A DNA stretch of 64,000 nucleotides from assembly GCA_010093705.1 (NCBI GenBank), contig MU006097.1, positions 73,905-137,904 of the forward strand, in the 5' to 3' direction. Positions 13,343 to 24,728 of this stretch are shown piece after piece. This DNA comes from Patellaria atrata CBS 101060 (Eukaryota). The notes beneath the pieces are model-generated. The model was not told the origin of the DNA and made no database searches. It saw only the letters and a list, made by a program, of their open reading frames with translations. The stretch's first letter is position 1. Every line of letters starts with the position of its first letter. A program made the position numbers and the translations under genes.

Positions 13343-13850
13343 GGGGGTGGAGATGGATGTATAATGGGATGGGATGGGGTGGGTGGAGAACTATGATTGC
13401 GCTGAGCAGCATGATAGGGATATGGAAAGGAAGGCCAACATAATTGATTAGATGGAGGATATCCCATCATTTCAATGCTAAGGGATGCAGGATAGCCTGC
13501 AGTCCTTGTTCACAAAAGAGTTTTACTGTCCAAGAAGTGAGGGAACAAGAACTTAGAAGAGCCAGAGGTTCGAATAGACTGTAACATATAATCCGAACCA
13601 TCTATTTAAGGGAAAAAAAAGGGTGGTGCTATAGTGAACAAGATACCGGAAAGCGGTTTCCAGCAAATATACCCAGTGCCCAACCAACGGCCTCGCAACA
13701 CATCCCTCCCATGCCTACCCAATTCCCTCCACGCTATACAGTATATAATATATCTCACTCACAACCCTATAGACCAATCCTCCAATCGTCCCAGTCCAAG
13801 CCGTAAAACGCAACCCACAAACCACACAACCCATAAATCCCCTTAGAAAT

Positions 13851-14022
13851 AAAAAAAAAAAAAAAACAGTTCCCACGCCCCCCTAGAGGGGCGTAGTACA
13901 TCTGCTGCCCCACCGAGGGCCCGAAGATATGGGGGCAATTTGCCCCCTCGGGGATTCGACCCCGGGGCTGTCGTGTGCTGCCTAGCGGCTTTACCGCTAG
14001 GCTATCCCCGGGATATTGGGAA
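13851..14022 (-). ncRNA. putative Pol III structured ncRNA (tRNA-derived promoter, multi-hairpin)
   Basis: Minus strand: A box TAGCCTAGCGG 14004-13994; T-arm-like CGGGG-TCGAAT-CCCCG around 13964-13949; several perfect GC hairpins; ends in a T16 tract 13866-13851. Confidence 0.55.
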
Positions 14023-14829
14023 TGGCTGCCGAATTATTGTATTTACCGTTCGTGGTACGGGTGCCAAGATAGGCGTGTTTGGAGTGAATGGACGGGATGG
14101 GAAGGTTGTGGGTTTGTTGGTTCACGTACTCGAGGGCCTTACGTCCTTACTGTACACGGAGTTACATTCCTCACTCATTGTACACCACTCTTTTATTGTG
14201 ACGTCTATATGCATGAATTGAGGCTAGAGTTGACTATATTCTGCTACGAAGCAGTCGCTAAGCCAATGCGAGAATTATGGAAACGTTTAAAAGTCAGACG
14301 TCACTACATACCCCTATTTCCCTCACATCGTCAATCTCAATGCGGAAGACAGGATGGAGACGCCCAAGTGATGGATATAGAAGAAGGAGATGTTGGATAT
14401 ATCATGTGGTTCAAAAGAGTCCTGTATCTGTATAAAGGGCATGATATCAACCCAGAGGGATAGCTTCCGATTGAATCATTAAGAAGATAACGATGGCTTA
14501 ATACAGAGGGTCACTATTCATAAGGAGCTGTATATCACGAAAGGGACATGGTATAAGAGTCATAAGCTCGAATAGCTTCTATTATGAGATTCGGGATGTC
14601 CATGTAACAGACTACCCTCCAGCAATGATAGCGAGTGGGGGATGGGATAGGGGTATCTAGTAGCTATACCCAAAGCCCGACCAACAATCTAATGTATTAC
14701 TTCCTGCAATAGCCCTAGAAGAGCACTGCCGACGACTGTACGCTAAACACAAGTCGCTTCTCTATAGCCGTCGTACTCCATTCTTTCCAAGTGAGGTCTG
14801 TACTATACATGTGAACTCGACCAGTTCTA

Positions 14830-17273
14830 TTACTTTCTGCCGCGCCATAGTTGCTAAGGTGATGTCAGCTTAGAGCACTCCAAAAATTAGGAATAAGTAC
14901 ATACTTTGGCTTCACGCGCAGTATCTGTCTCGGCCTGGAAGTCGCGATAGAGACGCTCAATTTCTCCCGCTTTCATCATTTCCTCGACCACTTCATTGGC
15001 GTACTTACCTCGTTTCTTGGTGCTCCACCGTTCCCTTTCCACTAGTTTCTCAGCACTACAATATCCTTGGTTCTCTAGATAATCGACGATCCAATCGTTG
15101 AGATGGTAGCGCCAATGAGCCAAGGTATGTGCCGTAGTTGCGTTGTTCTTACAGAAGACACCAAGATTGTAAATCCTGTCCTCGCTAGGGATCACACGAC
15201 CCTTACTGTCATACTGCTCTCCCCTCCGAGCCGGTTCATCATCGGAGTCCTCCTCCGAGACCTCATCCAGTGTCTCGATATGGTACGGTGTTCCCTGAAA
15301 TTGGATTGTAAACGTTGCTGGATGACTCTGTCGACCGCACGCCTCACAACCCAATCCTTTAAATCCCCCAGAGAGTTCGTTTACAATGATCTCCGGACGA
15401 GCTTGTAGTGCATAGGTGAAGTCTTGCCTCCATACGGACGATGTAAATTTGGAACCGACAAGCCCCTTAACTTGATCGTCAAGCTTCTTAAAGGCTAGAT
15501 CATAGATTTCCGCGTCATGATCGAAAGCAGGGTTTATTTTCCTTTGCACGAACCACTGCACGGCGTACTTAAACAACCCTTTTGCCTTCATCGTGGCAAC
15601 ATTGGTGAATGCAAGAGGCATATCAACAGGCGCACCAAGGGTATCATCCTCATCAGAGACAATGAAGTCTTCGTCATTTTCATCCTCCTGGAACATATCT
15701 ACAGCCTTAGATCGGTGATGACGGATACGAGGGTCTTCATCCTCTTCAATCTCTTGGATGTCAGAATCTTCATCATCTGCCTCGCTGTCTTCTCCAAGAT
15801 CATCTTCAGAGTCGCTTTCTGTATCCCCTGTGCGTCTGGCGATCGGGCTTGATGGACCCTCCTTATGTATCGCTGCTGAGCGGCGTTGCTTCAAGCGTTC
15901 TAAAGCTTCTAGACGGGGATCCTTCTTAGTTCTTATCGTATCTAGGGATTCTATCAAACAGTTATTATTGCATTACAAAGTAAGTCACAAGGTGTCAGTA
16001 CTCGTAGGAGATTGTAGGAATTCTAGGTCCTCTGCTAAATCCTCTTGTTCTCGTCTACTCTTTTTCGATGGACTGCTAAAAGCAGGGACAAGTCTACGGC
16101 GATTTCGTGAGGGAGTAATTGGCACTTCGTCATCATCTTCGTCATTATCGTCCTCTTCCTCCCTCATAGCCTCTTTTCGTTCCCTCATTGTGCTTCGAGA
16201 TTTCCGGTTTTTCGAAATTATCTCAAGATCTTCAGAGGATTCATCTTCTGACATAGGCGCCTGCTTTCGATGTTTTGTCCTACGTCGAACGGGGGCTTCA
16301 TCTTCAGATTCCACCTCATCATCGTCAACAACGAAGGAATCCTTTTTTTCCTTGTCGTGCGGACCTTTTGGTTTCGAACGGATCTTCTTCGTTGAAGAAG
16401 AGATCAGGATCTCGTCGCCGCTTGTCTCGGGTTCGCCAATGTCAAGAGCGGAGGAATAGTCTACCGATTCTTCCGGATGTTTCTCAATTCTCACATCTTC
16501 ATCTTCGTCACTCAGATCAATATAAACAACCTTCTTGTTCGTAGCACGCTTTGAGCTCCGGGTCGTGCGAGTGGTAGGTGCAGACTGTTGACCACTTTTG
16601 CGGTCTGTGTTGCCGAAATTTCCGCCAGTAGATCTAAGTTGCAACCTAGTTCGAGTGAGAGGTACTACATCGTCCTTTTCACCCGATTCCGTTTCCGAAT
16701 CTTCCGCTATCTGCTTCGGTGTTGCCCCGGACCCAAACAACCCAACCTTGGAACGAGTGCCCCTTGGGGAAAACATAGCTTTTATCTGTGGGTGTGTCGG
16801 CGAAGAAGATGATCTTATGCTAGCAAAGCTGAAGTCGAGTTTACGTTGTGATTTCCGCCTTATATGTTCTCTGGTCGGTGCGTCACGGGGCGTGGGGTGA
16901 GGAGAACCGGGCAGGGCTGAGCTGTCCACCTCTTCGTCGGAAAACAACACGTGGGGTTGGGAAGATCGTGCTGGAGTGGGTGGTGCTTCATTCACTATAG
17001 ACACATCAGGGTGCGTTCGCGGGCATCAAGCAAACTAGACTCCGTTTGATATTTACCTTTGACACTCCTAGAGGACGCATTTCTTGTGAAACGGTCATCT
17101 TCATCGGCGAGCTTACGTCTCTTGAAAGGACTTGGAGATGTTTCAAAGGTCACAGTAGCAACACGATCTCTGATCTCAGCGGGGTAGGTGGAGGCTGATG
17201 GCGAAGACGATGGAAGCGGGGTGAAGTTGAGACGCGTTTGTCGTTTGCGCGTTGAACGAGTGGCTGACGTCAT
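14830..17273 (-). CDS. conserved protein with C-terminal DUF4211-like domain
   Basis: Spliced from ORFs 17273-, 17004- and 15957-, with last exon 14853-14830. Acidic/low-complexity N-terminus; C-terminal SSVWRQDF..ALQARP..CEACGRQSHPA..G.PY..LG.FC..H.L.HWRYHL motif. Confidence 0.75.
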
Positions 17274-17922
17274 GGTACAAGTAGCTGCTTAAGACGAATT
17301 CCTTAGGCGGAAAATAGTAATAGGGATGATAACTGATGATATATGATACTAACTTGATGCTTCATCCGAACTCTATTGAAGTGGCGGTCGTTAAAGATTC
17401 ACGTCCATGGTGGAGCTTCGGCTTCACGCGCGCACGTGATGTCGCCAATCAACCAATCGCAAACATAGAACTACAAGGTTCCGTCTGGTCTTCCAAAATT
17501 ACGGGTGTTCTCATTCAAGATAAACTCGCACCCGTAAAGTGCCAAATGCGCATCATTTAATCGTCGAACATTCATTCAAAATTACATAGCCTGCAAGAAA
17601 CCAACTGAACATAGTCGTCGGTGAGAGGGTATCTAATGACGCCGTGACCATCCCCAAACCAACAATAACTCCTCAGAATACCTCTATACAGAACACCGGG
17701 ATGTACAAGAGGAATGAGGATCTGTCAGAAACGTGACGGTTTCCACTTTTCAACCATCACGTGTAATCAAGGTATGGAATATGTATAAAGAAATTGGTGA
17801 ACCGCATGGTTCAAATCCCGCCAGAAGCTCCGAGTACCGATCCAACCATGCGGGTTAATAGGAGGTGGGGATACACAGGTAACTGACGCTAGAGTATACT
17901 ACAGCAGATAACTGTGGCTTAA

Positions 17923-18830
17923 CTAGAGAATGTTGCGTCTGTTATCAATTAGTATGAATCACCGTCCCAATTACTAGTAGGACATACCTTTTCATGACTG
18001 CCTCAAGGCTTGTGGCACTGAGTTCAGCGTCATCTGGGATCTCATCCACTATAGGAACGAGACTAGCGATCCTATCTCCAGCCTTATATGCGATTATTGC
18101 AGGTACACCTGCAGGTTCCATCTCGGCGTCTTCAAAATGCAGTTTGACAAAACGAGTTGTAAGATGTTTTCGAACAAGTTCCCTTAAACAATCTTCAACC
18201 ATATCACTGATGTCTGACTATGGAGTTGTAAGTATTGGAAAGTTGAAAGGAAGGAAGCTGAAGACCTACAAGATCATCGTAAATGTACACAACCACCACA
18301 GTACTTGATGGGCTATTTTCAATAGCATCGAGGTAGCCTTCCCCATCGACCGAGATCAAGCTTCCGTATCTGCGTGCAGGCGGACTCCTAGTCCTAGATC
18401 TAGATTTCTGTCTTGTGTCCGGCTTCTGAAGTTCCTTAAGACGATTAGCCCTCCACCGTGCAAGGAACCCATCTTCGTCTTCACGATCTTCTAGTTTTTC
18501 ATCTGCAACTTTCTCAGAGTCTTTTGACGATCGGAACAATGAGAATCGCTGTGACTTCTTGGCTTGTTCGAATGCTTGAGCATCAGCAATAACTCCTTTA
18601 GGACCAGTATTTGCTTCCGAGACTTGACGGGGTAAGAAGTATCGGGATCTCATGTTGTCGGGTTGGTAAGTGTCTAGTTCGTCAAGATCGTCGCGTTCGT
18701 AGTATTGTTCTTTGGTAGTGTCCTCAACGTCAGATGTCTCTAAAGATGATCCTTCGTCTTCTGGATGCTTTGAAGATCGATCTTTGTCTCTGAATAGCTC
18801 GTTGAATTCGTCTTGAGCAGCAGTAGACAT
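17923..18830 (-). CDS. phosducin-like protein (PhLP1 / PhnA / BDM-1 type), G-beta-gamma chaperone
   Basis: NTGPKGVIADAQ phosducin motif; thioredoxin-like C-terminus (RFVKLHFEDAEMEPAGVPAIIAYKAGD); two introns, stop at 17925-17923. Confidence 0.9.
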
Positions 18831-20815
18831 GGTGGAGAGAGAGATGGGACGCGTCGAGGAGCTAGATCTCGTATTTATAAACGAGGGCTTGCAAATGTTG
18901 GTAGTGACGGTGGATGTGAATTGGTCTTGACGTGGCCGCTTGAAGCGCTATGCAGGGTATATCTCCTTGTTTGTGACAGGGTGGAAAGGCCGCAGGAAGC
19001 GTGGTTATCGTACTGGGACTAGGAAGTTGTTCACGGGCGCTGAGGAGGCGTGAGAGGTGAAGAGCACATGGATGATCAAGGTACAATGTGCGGTAGAACT
19101 CGAAGCTAGGCGTGACAAGGCGTCGTTTCAGAATCGAGTTGCTGGGATTTCCCACGTGCGGGATCTGCAGTAGCGTGAAGCAGCTGAAGTGCCCCAAGTA
19201 AGGGGAAGCCACCGCGGTGACCGCCTAGATGTTAGGGAGACGTCGGGGCCGAACGACGGTATACCTGATAGGGCTGATCAAGTCCTCGACGCTTTAAAAC
19301 ATTATGAGCACACCACCAGCCAGATTCCTCGGAGAGATTGTCATAGCTTTCATTAGGTGCAACCTAGGTATCTGTTACTCTGTAGATTATTGCATACAAA
19401 ATTCTCTGCTTGTTTGTCCAAAGGCGTTAGGCTTGGGAGTCCAGGCTCACGGTTCGAAACAACTTGCGAGCTTCCGGGCATGATTGTACCTTCCGTTGCA
19501 TAACACCAAAACCGTCCGTGCAAAGAGGATCCAAAGTGCCGTCTCCTTTATGGTTGGTCAACCTGGCCTTTTCTAGAAGATCTTTTAAATTGCGATTAAC
19601 AACTACTTTACCTCGCATGATAATGCTCATTCTAGCTTTCCACGTGTACAGAGCAATTAACCCGTAGTAGGAATGCATCTTGACCACATAGGAACTAGGA
19701 TCTTGAGAGTCAGTGTTGATCGTCCAACTGAAACCCGCGTTTAGGCCTTAAACAAGGCTACTCTTGATGATTTGGGAATTTAGACAAGGCGTCATCATAG
19801 TCTCAGGTTTTCAGACTTGTAGCGCACTTTAGTTACCATATTACAATATATCACAGTTCACAGTTACATAGCAACGAAATTTTCGAGGATTTGGCTAAAT
19901 AACGGTAATGTGAATTTCGGAAAGGAAATGTTGCAACCCCATATATACCTACGGGTGGTAAACGGGAACATCGGGAAGATCAACACGTGAGGTCCAGGGT
20001 GTAAGCTGTGCGGGAAAAGTGTACTACAATCAGCAGTCTGAAACGTCCTGCGAAGACCAAGGTACAGTACCTAACGCAGTAAGGCCTCTCGCTGTAGCCT
20101 GTACGAGGATCCCGGTGGTACAAATAAAGATGGGTTTAACATCATCGGTGAGAGGAGAGTTGCCGCCATTATTGATAGATGTCTCGAATATAGATGGATC
20201 AATACCATTTTCGGCCATGTCAATCATGTGTCATGCACTTTCTCATTAATACACCCGGAGCACATGCAACTCACAGTTGTGTCCAACAACCAGTCAAGGT
20301 GTGCTTGCAGACGCAGAGTTCATGTTGCTGGAGAATCTAGGTGCAATGCTGAAGACATATCAAGAGCTAACCTCTGCAGGTATGCAAGCGCACAGTTTCT
20401 CGTACCTAAAGGGAACTGGCCCTTTGAACGTGAAAGTAAAAAGAATATTCCCTACAGTAGACTGCTGAAATTACATTTCAAACCTGTTTACGCCGAGTGT
20501 GTCAATTAACCAGGAAAGGTAGCTTTTACCAGGGTGGAAGAAAAGAACTGAAGTGGAATCTTGAATCAATACAACTTCAAACCTCACAAAGACCAACCCG
20601 GGGCGGAAAACAGAGAAAGCAAGGGGAATATGCGCACAAGAATATCGACGAAGGGGTATTGACCAGACACGCTCTTATTACTTACGCGTGCAGAAGCCGT
20701 TCGCGGGGCACCGAGTTCGTTCGGTATCTTCGTCAGTCGACTTCGATTGTTATTTGAAGGAGCCGATCGTACTGTGGAGGAGGTTGTAAGGCCGGTGCAG
20801 ATGAGAATGGAGTAC

Positions 20816-22153
20816 CTATGCCCAGATGCGGAGCTGTTGAGTCGCTAGTAAGTATTGATTCAAGGCTGGAGAGGAAGAGTCCTTTACCATTGAGTCCCAG
20901 GAGCCAGTGCACAAGCTCATGGCGTCATTGCTCACTCCAAGACAACTCACACGATTGTCATGACCTTGTAAGTTACCAACGCGTTCGCCACGAAGGGTAT
21001 CCCAGACCTACGGCACGAAGTCAGCCATCAATTCATACACTACACGATCAAGAACTGACCTTGCACTCAAAGTCATCATAACCAGCGAACAAAAGCCTTC
21101 CGGATACAGAGAAGGCTACCGACGTGATACCGCAAATCGGCTCTCCAATCTACACAAGGTTAGCATGCAGGAACAATCCAGCTCCACTGTGTCCTATTAG
21201 TGGAACAAGGTAAAGACATACAGTGTAGCTCTGGAGTTCACGGTCGGCACGGATGTCGAAAAGACGGCAGGAAGCATCATCTGAACCCGTTCCAAATGCA
21301 TTACCGCTCGGGAAAAATTGGATAGCGTTTATATCAGAATCATGTGCCGCGAACGTTTGAACGCACTTTTGCTGTCTGATATCCCAAAGCTTGGCGAAAG
21401 CATCGCAAGCACCAGAAACGAACTGGTTGTTGTCGAGTGGGTTTATGCTGAGACTCATGACATCACCAAGATGGTCTGCAAACTCGTGAATCTTAGAACC
21501 TGATTCCAGATCCCAGAGGACACAGGTCATATCTCCAGAGGAGGTTAGGATGCGTCGATCGCTAATAAAGCGGCAGCAACTCAGATAACCAGAGTGGCCC
21601 GAGAGCTCACGAGCAACCCTTGTTGGGCCATCTCTCGCCGAAAGGTTGTAAATAGAGCATATATTGTCGAGACCACCACAGGCCACGAAGTTACCGCTAG
21701 GTGAGTAGGCACATGTCATAACCCATGATGATCGAAGAGGAATTGCGTGAACCTTGTTCGTGGTATATGCGTCCCAAATGATTAATTTACCGTCTTGCGA
21801 GGCGGAAACAAGGTGACGGCGATCAGTAGACCAGTGCATTGCGTAGATTTTGGCTAGATGACCTTTAAGCTGACGCTTGGTCTTCATCGTCAGACGTGGC
21901 AGAGGATCGACCTTATTACGCGCGACATCGCGCACTGTGCAATATCATAGTCAGCTTGAGCAAATTTGTAGCTTTTTGTATACATGTCCAGAGGGGAAGA
22001 AGGAAAGGAACAGATGTTGAAGGTTTTGTCAGCCTTACAAGTCGTATCCGCGAGCTCATCCTTCTTGCGCTTTATTCGGTCCTTCAAAGCTTCAGCATCT
22101 CGTCTGGCGAGCTGTATCTTCTGCTGGATGGTTTCCGTATTCATATCTGCCAT
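20816..22153 (-). CDS. GNB1: heterotrimeric G-protein beta subunit (Ste4/SfaD/GNB1 ortholog)
   Basis: [18 protein letters not shown] coiled coil; [33 protein letters not shown] and further WD40 repeats; terminal exon LRIWA*. Confidence 0.97.
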
Positions 22154-23106
22154 ATCACGGAGCGATACTGGCAGTTCGTGTATTTTTGTGGCGCAAAGTT
22201 GATGTGTTGCGGCAACGCTGCTGATCCAGGGGTGGAGGTGGACGTCGGAGTTCTTGGAGTAGCGCCAACCGGGGGAAGACGACGTGGAACGGTCGTCGCG
22301 AAGCCAGCAAACAAGCAACACCTCTCAGGAACGATCAGAGGTGATACAATTGGCGATGCGAAGCTGCTGCGTCGACGTCAAAATTAAGAACGCGGCGGAG
22401 AGTAGGGTGGAGGTTCGTTGGCTGGAGAGGTAGTCGTTGGTAGTGAATGGCCAGACAGGCCTTCCCTAAAAGCGTTCCCTAGCCCAGCTTTTTCCACGGT
22501 AGGCTTGGCGAGCCGATAGTTTACAATACAACCAATCACTCGGGGAGCCGGGGTAACTGAAACACCGGAACCAATATCTCCTTAGGAAGCAATTAAACGG
22601 AAAGTAAAAGTGGTAAATGGGGAAGAATGATATTGCGGGTCAAGTAAGTTATTTCTTCAGATGGTTTTATTAGGTTGTGTTGCCAAATCGATATAAGTAA
22701 GCTATCGTACCGTACAACTGGGCGGAGTCGTTACTAAAAAATACGTTTGCTTGAAATATTTAGTTTAGGGGCCATGTCCTTGGGCCTTCCTAATTGGGCG
22801 CATGTCAATTTTCCATTCTGGTGGGCGTTGGTTTCCCCAGCTTTACCCCGACTAGAAGCACCAAACCCATTTCGTGCACACACCAAAATACTGTACTGTA
22901 CCTGAAGCGACTTCATACAGAGTATGCCCCTAAGACACAAATCATCTCATCTATAGAGGTGAATCTCTTTGGAAATCCTCGTTCAGTCACTTCTAGTCAC
23001 TGTTGACTTTCAACTGAGCATAACCACCTGCGGTCTACGTTTGTTATATGGTTCCAGCTGTTTGTGGAAGACATCATCTTGAAGATATCTCGAACCATTC
23101 TCCATA

Positions 23107-24728
23107 ATGACTTCTCTTTCCGTTGTTGATACGGAATTAACGCACGCCCTCCCAAAGATAGAGGTGACTACTTTTTGCTCAATATAAGCCGAAAGGACGC
23201 GGATGCTTGCTAACAGAGGCGTCCACCACAGTTACATGCTCATCTAACTGGGAGCATCAGTCGGCATTGCTTACACCAGGTTTGGCAGAAGAAAAAATCA
23301 AGAGACCCAGATCTCGCACTCGAGGATCCTCTTGTTACCATCCCGCCGGGTAAGGTTGATTTTAACGTGAAAACGTGAGCAACTATTTTTGCACCTCTTA
23401 CTTAGTCCCCTAACATATTTGTAGAGCTCATCATCATCTCAGTCTTTAAAACATTCTATATGTTCATTTAATCCATTTGAATCTTTACTATAGAAGTAGT
23501 ACTGTCACTACTTCTAAGCATCAATTTACGGCATCCTTTTTGAGTCCCACTTTCTCTGCGCCGTCTCATCATACCTTTTCAGCTTAGAGATTTCAGTTGT
23601 GATATTTTACTAAAGAAACGGATCCTCTTCACGCTTGCATAGGTTCTTTGGCCGCATCTTTATCACTTATCCCAGCTTGGTACGATTACAAAGTTTGATT
23701 CCAAATCACATTCGACAAGAACGAACCAGCGTCGGACACATGAGCTCATTTTGGTGTATCAGATTCTTCCCCCTGTTTTCATCCTATATATATCACCTTT
23801 GTGATGATTTACAAAGCATAATGTAGGTTATTTGTCATACCTTCTACTCAGCTAGCTCATGACTTCCAAGTTACACTACCGAGTCCGTCTTACAATCTTT
23901 TCGAGAAGACAATGTCGTCTACTTAGAACTACGCACTACCCCTCGAGCAATACCCAGTAATTCCATCACCGAAGCACAATACGTCGATGTAATACTACAT
24001 TGCATTACGGTATCAAACAATATCAACGAATGCACACATACAAGTACAATGCAGACCAACCTCATTCTATCCGTGGATCGCAGGAATACACTTGAAGAAG
24101 CGTATAAAGTCATTGATCTAGCTATAGTGCGCAAGGGAAAGGGTGTCGTCGGGGTCGATCTCTGTGGGAACCCGGAAAAAGGTGATATCGCCATCTTTCG
24201 CCCGGCTTTTGAGAGAGCCAAAGAAGCAGGATTGGGTATCACTCTTCATTTTGCAGAAACGCGAGCATCAGCAACCGAGGATGAGTTACGGGAATTGCTA
24301 AGTTGGCGACCCGATCGACTTGGCCATGTCATCCACGTTAATGATGATCTTCGAAGAGAGATCGTAAAACGAAACATAGGGGTCGAACTATGTTTGAGCT
24401 GTAATGTTCATGCTAAACTGACCGAAGGGAGTTTTGAAGACCATCACTTTGGATGGTGGAAAGAATCTGGCGTTGGCGTTGCGATTTGTGTAAGAAACCG
24501 TTTCTTATAGTATTCGATTATCAGGATATTGCTGACTTGGAGTAGACTGATGACGTTGGTATCTTTGAAAGTCCCATCTCCAACGAATACCAGCTTGCCG
24601 CTACACATTTCCATCTCTCTAAAGTGGACTTGAAGAAGATTTGCGAAAGTATCGTTGATATCACTTTTGCAAATGAGCGGGAGAAATTCAGGCTCCGTTC
24701 CATCTATTCGAATGTTGATTGGGGTTGA
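23107..24728 (+). CDS. adenosine deaminase-like protein (ADAL/MAPDA family)
   Basis: Spliced model: LPKIE|LHAHLTGSISR, GVVGVDLCGNP, ITLHFAE, DRLGH, ELCLSCN, C|TDDVGIF, which are metallo-deaminase motifs. Confidence 0.88.

Noticed and set aside
13940..14011. Canonical tRNA or tRNA-Sec
   Set aside because: No acceptor stem pairing, and the T-loop is one base short.
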